Below are positions 12,060-24,200 of a DNA stretch of 64,000 bases, piece after piece. The stretch is from Antedon mediterranea (lineage: Eukaryota > Animalia > Echinodermata), in the NCBI RefSeq assembly GCF_964355755.1, contig NC_092672.1, forward strand, positions 7,378,001-7,442,000. The letters are read 5' to 3'. The translations under genes and the position numbers were made by a program. The notes beneath the pieces were generated by a model, which saw only the letters and a program-made list of their open reading frames with translations, ran no database searches and had not been told where the DNA came from. How positions within the stretch are numbered: position 1 is the stretch's first letter; each line of letters begins with the position of its first letter.

Positions 12060-15000
12060 TTATAATTCATCTTTATTTTCTGTACTGTTTTCTATGTATT
12101 CATGCTGTATATTCAATTCACTGTCTGCTTTTCCAAACCAGTCTTGGTAAACTTGAACTGGCTTGTTGTTCCAATGTTTATGAAACGATATTGGTGTCTG
12201 ATGACCAAGGAAACCTTTGGAGTAGTCATTTGGTCGGGCCTACAATAAAAAAAAATGTATTATATTAAATATTGGATTCATTATTTTTTCAAAGCATTAG
12301 GTAAACAAAATACAGCAGAACTCCTTCCTTGGGCCACCCATTCTCAGTGTACAGTACTAGCCTTTAAGGGACACTATCTTGCAAAACGAGCGAGAGGAAA
12401 CAACTTTTATTATATTGTTCCCCCCCCCCCCAAAAAAAAATAGTTTACAAGTTTTTTGTTGAATATGCCATTTTAATGTAAAAAATGACCAACAATTTGA
12501 TCGAAAAGACTGAAAGTCAATGGGTTTTTGGTTGAATTTAACCATTTATTTTGTCTTTTTATAAGTGAAAACATTCTTTTTTTATTTATTTATTTTTTTT
12601 TTTTTTTTTCTACAGAATTGGTTAACTTTATAAAAAACTACAAAATGGCGTATTCAAGATCTTTTCATGTTTTGGGGGACAATACATCTTTAATAGAGAC
12701 TCTACTATAACAAAATGTATTTAGTTTAAGAATGTGTTTTACATACCTGATGCATAAGTGGAGTGTGGGTAATAATTAATTTATTTTGGCGGGCACAACT
12801 ACCAACCATCATATCATCAGGGTCTTCATTAGTCCGACATTTACAACCACTTGCCAACAATTCTGTTATGGCTGCACGGCTGAAGATCATTCTGTAAACA
12901 AGTTTTAAAACAACCAAATTAAAGTGTCAGAGACTGAGTGAAATATTTGATAACATGCAGATTATGACAGAGGGCGTGCTATTTAATAGTTTGCCTTATA
13001 TTGAACATACAGATAACCCAAGATTTAATAAGCTTTTGTGATATCATCAATATAACGATTTATTGAAAATCAATAGGCATGGTCTGTTGGTATAGCTATT
13101 TGTCGAAACAAAAATATCCATGAAAATACTGTAATGTGTGATGTTATCGACAAAACAAGTTTGCATACAAACATATAAATCAATCATTTTACCAAAAGTA
13201 TAAAAAAACAAGGCACAAAAAACGTAGAAAAATTTGTCTTACCCTCCACCGCCGGTAAGGTAATCATAGCCGTAACCATTCTTTAAAAATCCAAATCCAT
13301 ACCGTTCACCGAGTAACACTGATTCAGTTGGATCATAACATGATAGGTACTGTTGTAATCTGGAGACACTGGAATCATAAAATACACATAAAGTAAGTTA
13401 ATTAAAAATTGTAATATAATAATGAACCTCCTTTGGGAACCCCTATTCAGAGGACAGCCCTTTTAAGTGGACACATTCCCATGAAACATACTAGAGACAA
13501 CATATGTATAACACTATCGCCAAGCCTTATTTAGGAGACACCCTCATATTCAGGGGAAACCTCTGATATGGAAACAGTTTGTTGGGTCTCAATGGTGTCT
13601 CCTTATAGGGGTTCTATTCTAAGGAGGATGTAATAGGGCTGATAACTTACCTGAGGATTGTGTCATCATCTGTGACTACTAGCCATGGAAATTTCTGCAG
13701 GTTTTCATCGTTATTAAAACTATTGAATATAGCATATAGCTTTCCGCAGTGTCCTGCAATAAAAAAGAGGTAATGGTACAAACTAAAATGCCACTTTAAT
13801 GGTTAGGGCAACATTTTTCTTTCATATTTTTCTTTGCTTTCCATTTCACATTGTAATAGAAATAGATATACTGTACATTTTAATATTGACATATTCAAAT
13901 ATAACAAACTTTTCAAGTCACCTTTAATAAATAATTTTTAATAATTTGTTCAAGTTTTTTTATTTTATTGGTTTTTTAAGTTTATTTTTTTGATGATGCA
14001 TTGACATAAGGTTACCTCTTTCTGTATTTGGGACACCAGTAGAAACAGTTGGTATAGATTTGTCTTCTGTGTCGCTATAAAACACAATATTTTTTGCATA
14101 TTTTCCCCAGGTTTTCTGCACTACTGCAACTGAAATATAAAAAAAAATTGCTGTAGTATCGGAAATGCTTAAGCTAAGGAAATTCACTTATTTATTGACT
14201 TCAGTGAAAAAGGCCACATGTAAATTTGAATATTCAATCTACTTGTACACATTCACAAACACATTCTCTACTGCAGGTATTTATTAACACCTGTTAAAAA
14301 AATAAAATAAAATACCTCGATCCTTGTGGAATTTTGTACATGTTTTTACACCAAAAAATAAATCATCTAAAGAAACTGGTTCTCCCTGAAAAAATACAAA
14401 ACATTTGTAAACAACATATCAGAATGAAAGGTACAGTACTGGTAAAAAAAAGTGGTTTAAACAAGTTTTGTTGAATTGTGTTGTAAGCTTGTTTATTATA
14501 ACATATCATAATTTAAAGATGTATGGCTTCATTTGCAGCACTCTGGCCACATGATCAAACAACATTTAAATAATATAGTCCACTTCAAGTTTATTTGCTT
14601 AAAAGCTTAAATGTTTAAAAAAAGTTTATTTTGAAAAAAAAATTTACTACAAAAACTACTTACACACTTTTGGAATTCAACAGGATGTGATGTCACACAT
14701 TTATCAGTATCTGCTAAATCCACTTCTGTTGTTAGACCATCAATAATTTCTGTATCAGTCATTGGGATTGCGTTTACAGCAATGTTACCAGAGCAAAACT
14801 CATCAATTGGTGTTAACGTAGTTCCATTGCCATTCTCCCAAAGAAAATAGGCTATCTGAAATACATTTTTTGAAGAAATTTATTTTTTGTCAATAATAAA
14901 ACAATAAAAAAATCAGTAAGAAGTTAAGAAATTCAATATAACAAATACTTGATTTTTGGTTGATTCATTAATTGTAGAAATAATACAATAAGCGACTTAG

Positions 15001-18000
15001 ATAACTCTAGAGGGCGCCATATTTACAAGGTAAATCAGGACAAAATTTCCATCTAGGCCATAGCACGGTGATGTAAACTTACATCATCGCCTAGCTTAGG
15101 GCCTAGATGGAAATGTTTGTCCCGATTTACCTTGTAAATATGGCGCCCTCTGGAGTTATCGAAGTCGCTTATTAAATACATCCTCAATATAGAAACAAGT
15201 AAAATCAATCTTGTGCTGGCAAATGTGAATATATCATCATTGAAGTTAATATTGTGAAACTTAAATTATTATTGCTAAAAAAGATTACTGTAAGAAAACC
15301 AACTGACAACATTTAGTGTTACCTCATGTTTGACATCAATTGAAAAGTCAATTGTAATAACTCCTTTATTCCATCGTTCAACAAGGCTGAAAAAATAAAA
15401 AAGAAAACAATAGGGCTATTATTAATTTATCCAACATTCAAAAGATCAATATTAGTTATGTAACTGTTCTAGGTTCACTTTACCCCTCCCCACCATATAC
15501 TAATGATAAAGATAATAGAGAAGAAAATTACCTTTTAAAAAGCGGTTTACTTAGGAGCCAACCAGCTTCAAAATCTGGGTACGAGAATTTTGAAGGGTCG
15601 TCATGAAAGCGGAAATGATGTATAATTGTTGGGTTTCGATCCTGTAAGGCTTTACCAAGAAACATTTTCTAAATGAAAGTAAAAAAAGTATCTTTTCCAT
15701 TTCACTGTAAAATTAATCATGTAATACTGTAGATATAAAGATTGTAATGATATGTCAAATCAAAGGAATAAACACGTGAGAGGCAATACTTCTTGGATTC
15801 TATTGATAACCACTGCCTATGATGGTGTGCTAAACTCAGCACTAACAAGATTACTGTAATTACAATGTACCGGTGAATGGGTTGGTACTAATCTGAAAGA
15901 TATACACAAAGATACAAGACCTGAATTTTTAGTAACAATCAGATATCTTTTTTCCATTTTGAACTGAATTCCACCCAAAGCAACCACCCAAAAGATTATA
16001 TAAATATAAATTCCTGTTGAATGCATCTATGACTGAAGTGGCTTTCACAACACCCCATACCTATAGGCTATAAGTATAAACTCTTAAACTTTTTCTCAAT
16101 TGAATACAGTTTTTCTATGAAAGTAGCGACTTTGCTCCAATTGTCACGGACACTGTGGTCAGTATTTAAAAATGACAATAGATGAATTTATAAAGTACAA
16201 TATACTCAATATACTGACTGGTTAATACCAAAAGAATTTTTTCTGGGAACAATAGAATAACAAATCTGTATTGTTGTCAAATCTAGATACTATACACTAA
16301 GCATAGTATTAATATAGATGCTAACTGGGTAAATTTGAAATCTAACCCTATAGCTAATAAAACCCCAAACTTTCTTTCTCTCTACATTCTTTTTATGACA
16401 GTAATGGCTTTGCTCCAATTGGTACTTATAGGGGTCACAAATTTAACAATGACAATAAAAGGATTAGAATGATACTGGCCGGGTTTTGTGGTCATGTGTG
16501 TTCATTCATAGTGTTGACTTTTTGGGTGAAACTATTCAGATATTGCCTAAAGCATTGTAATCGTTTTTTCCAGTAACAATAACATAACAAATCTATATTG
16601 TTAAGCATAGTATTTTGATGCCACTGGGTAAATTTAACATAACATGCTAAAATCTTTTAATGCAATCAACTCTCACAAATGATTGAATGAAAATTATAAG
16701 GTTTCTAAGTTTTTTGAACTGGTGAAGTTTTTATTATTAGTTTAATACTATTTGAGGTAAATCCTCACCATTTTACCATTTTGCTTGAATCCAGTTTTAT
16801 TTTACAATTGAATTTTCAGAATTTTCCCCTTTTAGTCTATTTTTTACTATATTTGTAAACACCTTCTGAACAATTCATTTTATATAAATTCCCTTTTATT
16901 TTCTGTCCTTTTTAACATTGATTGTCTGTCTTTGTATTGTGATTTTAAAATTGTATTGTAATTTTGTTTTAAATGTCTTTCATGAATGTTTTAATCTATT
17001 GCTAAATAAACAGGACCATATGTAAAACAAGTGCAATATCTATACCTGATATGTTCTTATCTTGTCATGTTTTAAATAAATAAAATACTATAATATTAAA
17101 ACATATTATCAGGAAGGAAAAGTTAGGGGAGATGTACAGTACTAACCTTATTCCAGTTGTAGTTACTAAGAACTTGTAAAAGACCTTTAACACTGACTCT
17201 TGACTCTTCTTCACAAAGAAATATCCACTTTCTGTTTTTGTGCAAATTATAAATTCTACAAAAATAATATAGTTTTAACAAATCAAATGAAAATAATTTT
17301 TTTAGAAACGGTCAATTACTAAAATAACTTTTGGTTTTTATAGATTTTATGATAGTCAAAATCTGCAAATTAGGCAGTTCAGATGTTAAAACAATTGTAT
17401 GATAATGGAATATTTTTAAACATCAAGAATACAGGCATAAAGCTCTGTCTACACTATCAAACTTGTTTGACAAAAAAAGTATGATGTGCCCAAATATGGT
17501 AGTGCTATGCCCAAATATGGTAGTGATATGACATCATCATGTGCATATATGGGCATATCACATTTTTTTGTCAAATAAAATTTGATAGCGTTAACAGAGC
17601 TTAACACGGTCTAGATAATTTTTTCCCACAACATTTGAATTTCAAGAATTTCTGATTCATCAGATATGATGAAGAATAAGTTATATATTCTCATTCATGC
17701 ATTACATAAACAAAACACCCAGAATAGTTTAAGTTGTATTTTAACAATAGTACAACACCTCTACTAAACTAAAGCTCTGTCTACACTATCAAACTTTATG
17801 TGTCAAAAAAATGTGATGTGCCCATATATGGACATGATGATGTCATATCACTACCATATTTAAGCATAGCACTACCATATATGGGTACATCAAACTTTTT
17901 TGACACATAAAGTTTGATAGTGTAGACAGAGCTTTAATAATTGTTTTCATATCACAGAGAGCATTGAGTTGAGCAATTGGGAGCTTGTTTCTTCATGGTA

Positions 18001-21000
18001 CTGTGGGTTTAACTGTATTAAAGAATACAGCGTGACAATGTATATTAATTTAAATTTAATTAGATTTATGTACAGAGTGTCATTGTACACAATAAAGAAC
18101 TACTGTGGTATTCAACAAGACAATATTGCAATACAGATTTAAATGTATACTTGTATATTGAGATTTGAGATATTGTATTTGTAGTTTCTCAGTCATTGGT
18201 AAAAAATAGAGCATTGAGACCAAATTGTTTTGTTTGGTTTCCACACATTTTTCAAAATAAAATGTTCATACTTAAAGATGTATTTACCCACGAAAACCTG
18301 AAAAATTAAGATTAATATTAAATAAAGACTTTTAATAGGCCATTTCCAGGTTTAATAAACTAAATCACTTCTGTAAAAAGAAAAATAAACTAATGTTTTC
18401 ACTTATATAAAGACAAAATAAATGATTAAATTCAACCAAAAACCCATTGACAGCCAATTTGACATTTTTTTGCTTTATAATTTTGTAGTTTTTCAGGTAA
18501 ATACTGTATACATTTTTTCGATCCAATTTTTTAGTCAAAGAGAATAACTGTTATGTGACATTAAAATGGCATATTCAACAAAAACATAAAAAAAAAAATT
18601 GTTTCAGTGCACTAAGATGTTTAAGCATCTTGATTGAAAAACAGGTGTGAGAGTGTGTAGGAAATAAATACTACAGACTTTATAATACTAATAGAAAAAC
18701 ATACTGTGGTAAAATGGGTAGTATTGTCCACTGTCCCATGCTTCCAACATCTTCACTTAGTAACACCACTGATGGTTGACCCTAATAATAAGAAAGATTA
18801 AAAATAAGAGAAGAGAATCAATAGAGATACAGTAAATCGGTATTGAAATTTATACTAATTTTATATTAGAAAGAAATGATACGATTAAAGCTCTGTCTAT
18901 ACTATCAAACTAGTTTGATAAAAAATGTGATGGGCCCAAATATGGTAGTGATATGTCCAAACATAGTTAGATTGGCAAGCGATACCAGACTCAATGAAAA
19001 ATCAATTGTATCGTTCCATAATTTAAGTACCCCTTTAATTAAAATGATTTATTATTGTGAGAATTTTGTGACAGCTTGCTTTTTTTTAGCTTATATTGAG
19101 GGACAAGCATGCTGTAATTAATTATGTCAAATTATCACATCATGTCATATCACTTTTAACTATAGTATTATTATCAAGACATCTGTTATTTCTTTCTCTG
19201 TTGGTTACTGTATTCTTCACAATAGCAATGTATTATATTCAATTTCTCTTTTAGCTTGATTTGTAAATGCATTAGTATGGCATAGAAGCAGTACTAATAG
19301 GGAAGTAAAGAAAAACAAACACAAATCACCACCTCCATTTTGTTGTAATGTAAACTATACTTAAATATACTGTATGCTTTTTTCGAGTCAGAAATGCACA
19401 CTGTTGCTCATTGTATTAAATTATACATTTTCACTGTGAAAACATAATTATTAGTAATTGCCTCTACTTATTGTTGAATAACAATACAGTAAGAGTATGT
19501 GTTTATACAGGAAAGTGAGATTTAATATGGTCTCTAGCTTTGTAATATAAGACGAAGATGTTGCCTATATTATTTGCTTTCTTTGTTTATCTAATTATTA
19601 TTAGTAATTATCAACTAGGGCAAGTATTTAAGTGTTATTATTATTCAAGTGTTTAAATAGGTGATTTTATTTGAGCTGTCACATAATGATGTATAATATA
19701 AATATTGGATTTATAGCATCCAATTAAATGAGAATTTACTTTTCTTCCAATTCTCCCAGGACAAGTAACTTTGACAAATTCACTTGGGAAAATATGAATT
19801 AATATTAAAACAATGCATAAATATTGTCTTTAAACTATTTTAGTATTTATTAATCTTGACAACAAGTACATAAATTAGAAATGGAATGAACTTTACAGTC
19901 AACTCTCTCAATACCGGTTTCCCTGAAAACTGGACTTTTCTTGAAGTTCAAAAGGTCCCATATTCCTCTTTACCATTATAAACAAATTCAGAATACCAGA
20001 CTTTCCAGGAAGCCAGCCCAAAAATATCTGGTATTGGGAGAGTTAACTGTAATTGTTTATGATAGAAATAGTAATTGGTGATAAAACTTGCTGCTTACCA
20101 AATCCTGTATTCTACACTGTTGTTCAATATCATCCTTGACTTGCTCTGCACGTTTTAAATGCACTGGATTCTTTTGACTTCTTATCAGAAATACAATATC
20201 ATCTACAGTCACTGGAAACTTTCCCTATAACAATTCAATAATAAAAGCAATTAAACAACATTTTAACACAGCCTTTTATTAAAGAAAAAAAACATAATTA
20301 ATGTAGTGGATTTATATTAATTTACCAAAAATTTTTAAAATCTGTAAAAATGTTTAGTATCCTTTCAATTTGGGAAAATTCAAATCTTGTCGCACAATTT
20401 GATCAAATTTTATACTATTACTAATATTAGTTTTTTCAATTGTTGAGGGATTCATCATTGAAAACACTTTCACATTCAGTCACTGATGAATTTTTCTTAA
20501 TTTCAAGCATTTTTTACCTGTTTTATCAAATTGTGTACCTGATAAGGTTCATAAGAAAGACCAAGACCTGGAAGAGAAATCAATTAATTTACACCATAGC
20601 TATATACAGAGACACATTATAATATCTCTATTTATGGTTAAACATAAGCTGCAGCTTCAGTACATGTTACTGGCTGCCTGATCTGTCCAAGTCTTATACA
20701 TAGGAGTCTAGGCTAGAGGAGAAGAGAACCTACATCTCTAGCTAGTCTAGCCTAGTAGGGGCCTAACTATAGCCTGCTATAATAGAAGTTAGTATTACAT
20801 AGGCAAAGCATCAGCCAGCCAGACTAGCTAGTTAGAGCCTACCTCCATGCTACACACACACACTCTCAGACTCAGCTGTTCTTTTTAAATATGCCTGGCC
20901 TACTAGCCTACTACTAGCCTAGCTTGCTAGGCCTAAACGTGTATGAAACTGAAATAATATATTTAAAATACTTACAATATAGTAAACAAAAAGCTGTTAA

Positions 21001-21042
21001 ACAATAAAATATTGTTATATATCGTAATATGCAAACCATCAT
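12060..21042 (-). CDS. B3GLCT: Beta-1,3-glucosyltransferase (GT31, acts on O-fucosylated thrombospondin repeats), 512 aa
   Basis: Exons (minus): 21042-20976, 20567-20539, 20224-20099, 18781-18705, 17255-17147, 15668-15532, 15386-15323, 14855-14664, 14385-14316, 14129-14016, 13753-13651, 13368-13243, 12891-12747, 12239-12060 (1539 nt, open). Hydrophobic N-terminus, [44 protein letters not shown], catalytic [29 protein letters not shown]-terminal KDEL. Confidence 0.93.
12408..12689. mobile_element. MITE family B (Kolobok-like)
   Basis: Right end gggggacaatacatct|TTAA; body matches 43746-44013. Confidence 0.75.
13424..13620. mobile_element. MITE family D (pogo-like, ggacac/tgtccc-rich) remnant
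   Basis: Repeated ggacac/gtgtcc motifs shared with 26670-27100, 27584-27746 and 44030-44224. Confidence 0.5.
14987..15173. mobile_element. 187-bp near-perfect palindrome (foldback MITE) in a B3GLCT intron
   Basis: aataagcgacttagataactctagagggcgccatatttacaaggtaaatc... pairs with ...gatttaccttgtaaatatggcgccctctggagttatcgaagtcgcttatt along almost its whole length. Confidence 0.85.
16080..16640. repeat. Old diverged tandem duplication (~280-300 bp unit) in a B3GLCT intron
   Basis: Blocks ctttgctccaattg, aatgacaata, ataacaaatct.tattgtt, taagcatagtatt and actgggtaaattt occur twice in the same order. Confidence 0.7.
17439..17603. mobile_element. MITE family A (Harbinger-like)
   Basis: TAA|agctctgtctacactatcaaact ... 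acagagct|TAA. Confidence 0.85.
17771..17936. mobile_element. MITE family A (Harbinger-like), best-preserved copy
   Basis: TAA|agctctgtctacactatcaaactttatgtgtcaaaaaa ... ttttttgacacataaagtttgatagtgtagacagagct|TTA; TWA target site is typical of PIF/Harbinger. Confidence 0.9.
18272..18600. mobile_element. MITE family B (Kolobok-like), opposite orientation to 43746-44013
   Basis: TTAA|agatgtatt start; internal blocks aaattcaaccaaaaacccattg and ttaaaatggcatattcaacaaaaa match the other copies. Confidence 0.7.
18887..18965. mobile_element. MITE family A, half copy
   Basis: taaagctctgtctatactatcaaactagtttg...cccaaatatggtagtgatatg. Confidence 0.75.
19896..20049. mobile_element. MITE family C (Tc1/pogo-like)
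   Basis: TA|cagtcaactctctcaatacc ... ggtattgggagagttaactg|TA. Confidence 0.8.
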
Positions 21043-21238
21043 TAACAATCAATAGTAAACACAACTTCCGCGTGGTGAAATACTACACTACTGAGAAAAT
21101 AAATAAGTGAAGTTTTATTATCAAATAGTAAACACGTTTCTCATTGGATGTTGTTGAATTCTATAGAAATTATCAGCCAATCGAAACTGTTCTGTTTTTA
21201 GCGCTTGGGGATATAATTTGATGCATAAAATAACAAAC
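21043..21238. promoter_or_regulatory. Bidirectional promoter shared by B3GLCT and the TBC-like gene
   Basis: Only 196 bp between the divergent ATGs; ETS-like ACTTCCG (~21065), CCAAT boxes in both orientations (~21143, ~21177), YY1-like AACATGGC overlapping the plus-strand ATG. Confidence 0.7.
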
Positions 21239-24200
21239 ATGGCAGCTGCTGAAAAAAACTTTCCGTCCGAATGGCTTTTAACATGCAAGAAATCATTAAT
21301 TACTTCTTCTGTAAGTTATTAAATTTTCAAATAAATGACTTATTATACTATATTCGATAAAGGCAACTGTTTTATACGAACCGTGAATGAGTGTAGTTAA
21401 AACAAAGTCAAAAGACGCAGCCCATGCCTCTCTCCGGTCTTGCTGGACCTCCCTCCAATGACAATATGTTGTCGTATGTAGGTCTCTAATAGCTGGTCGC
21501 TTCGCCCTTTTTTTCAAATTCATTTTTTTTTATTGCTGCAGCTTATATCTAGTTTTAATGAATTTATAAATTGTTGTGGAAAATACCACATACAAGTTTT
21601 TCTATAATTTAATAATTGATTAAAATATTTTACGGTAATTGATTGTTGTGTTAATTAATTATATTAATTATAACCACCATCAGACGGAGTGATGATGCAT
21701 ACTACAGTATAATAAGGCCTTTAACTATAAAGTATAAATGGTTACCATAGTATGCATCACTGCGGCTTGAAATGGTATATATATGTACTGTATGATTTAG
21801 CTTGCAACGCAACCAGTATAACTATAGTCTATATACTGTTTTAATTTTTCTTTTCAGGAATGGAAATCATTTTCTTTGGATCTTCAGAGTGGTCTAAAAA
21901 ATGAATTGCAGTTGTCGGGAGTGAAGGATTTTGGTGATTTGTCAGATAATGAGAAAAAGCTTTTAATCAACAAAGCAGCAGCCACATTAAAGCATGGTAG
22001 TTTGTCAATTGTTAAAACATTTTAAAGTTAACTTAACTTATTCTTATTTTGTTATTAAATATTATGAGCAAGTCAGAGTTGCCGAGGCTTACATTTATAT
22101 ATATATATATATATTTCTTCTTAGGAAATAGCTTTCAGGAATTTCAGAATAAAGTGTCCAGCAATGTTGATGAAAGCCTAAGTCAAGAAGTGAATAAAGA
22201 CATTCTGAAATCATTCCCTGCGCAGGAGACTAAACCACAGTTATTGTTTCAACACATTGTAGAGGGGGCTGTTCATTTTTTAAAGCAGTGGCCAGAAATG
22301 AAATCAAAGTTAAAGATTTTCTTGAACCAACCTTTGACACCATTGAGAGAGTTATCATGGAAACTGTATCTTCAAAATCCAACCAGTGAGTTTTTACTAG
22401 ATCTGTCTACACTATAAAACTAGTTTCACACAAAAAAGTGTGATGTGCCCAAATATGGTAGTGATATGACATCTTTTTTTGTCACACAACGTTTGATAGT
22501 GTGGACAGAGCGTAATACTGTCAATAATTAATTTGCCTATTTACAGTTTTCTGCAGTCATAGCCCTAAATATCATCACATCATCTAAAGACCTTACAGTC
22601 ATTTTATAATGAATTAGATTTTAGTACTATTTGTTATTACAATTTATTTCAGTTGCTAGAGAATATTCCGATTTACTGAAGAAGAGTCCGAATGATGTTA
22701 TGTCCGTACTCGATCTAGATATCATCCACCAATCAGAAGCAGCTTTACAATCTGAACCAACATTCCGTCCACTAGCCAATAATAGAAGTAAGTCCAGTAT
22801 CCTTCAGAACCATATTAATTAGTCCATACATTTTGCATACATTCGTAAAAATGCAGTTAGGGTCTGTAATATATGTATAATATAATGTATAATATATATC
22901 TGTTATAATAACCTATCTACAGTCGGTATAAATTGTAAATGTAGTATTTAAACATGGAACTAAAGGCCAATTTATACAGACAAGCGGTAACAGTCATAAA
23001 AATATAGAATCCTTATGACCATTTACTCACAACTCAGAATGGACAGGTGGTTTCAGGATACTGATTATTCGTGTGATAAGCTACGCTGTTGTTCGCTTGC
23101 TATTACCTACTCTCATCTGTGTATATTGGCCTTTATAATGTGTAAGCCTGTTAATTTCAATAATCTACAATCTAATACTGCATAGATAAGTAGCATTTGA
23201 TTTAGTAATACTACCGTAATAGAAGTGTTCAGTATTACTAATTTTTAAAAAACAATTCTATTTTAAAGGTATTCTACATGCACTGAAGTCCGTCCTGTCA
23301 TATCACCATGCCAGAAAACAGACCAAAACAGCCTTACTAGAAGTAGACGTAATGCTGGCAGTTCCATTCCTCGTAGTTGCACTCATGGAAAATAAGCCAG
23401 AAGAATTAATAAGTCGACCTACAATGACCTTGATGATTCAGGAATATCTAAGCTTTATGACAACCAGACCAACGTACATGAAGGAGTCTTATCACAAAGT
23501 ATGAAAACTATTTTAGATTTACTGTAAGACATAAAATTGCAATTTAGGAGATTTTCATTGCCTTGACTGTAAGCAATGGTTTTTAGTCTCTCTTTTAGAC
23601 TCTACAGCTCATGGTTGGTCGGCACTAACTTGAGCATGCGACCTTGATCAATTTTGTGAACATTTAGCATTGATCAACGTTTTTTATTAATTATTAAACA
23701 TAGAAAAAGACAATTGTAACAATGGTTATACATTAAGGGTCTTTCACACACGGGTCCGGCACCGGCAAGTTAAATCGAACCGGTGTGAAAGAACCTTCAG
23801 GCTAATCTACAATCTTTCTTATACTGAAATCTAAAATTATGTTTATACTCTAGTAGAACTTTGTGACCAGTTAATATTTTATTATTTGATGAAAAGACAA
23901 AATAAATGAAATCTACCTAATTAATTTTATAATTTTCTCTTTTCCAGAATTTTCATGTATCCATGGAATCGTTTGTTTCCAAGTTAATTGAATTTCTCAA
24001 GAGAGGTAACAAGGAATTAGCAGAACATATTGAAAGTATATGTCAAAAAGAAGGTAAAAACACATGAAACTGAAAATATTGATTTATTTCTTAAAATAAT
24101 CTTAAATATCCTACTCCTGTACAGTCGACCTTGCTCCTTAATTATCAGCACAGGCCACTATGGCGTACAGTCCAGCATGTCAATACAAATATAGACACAT

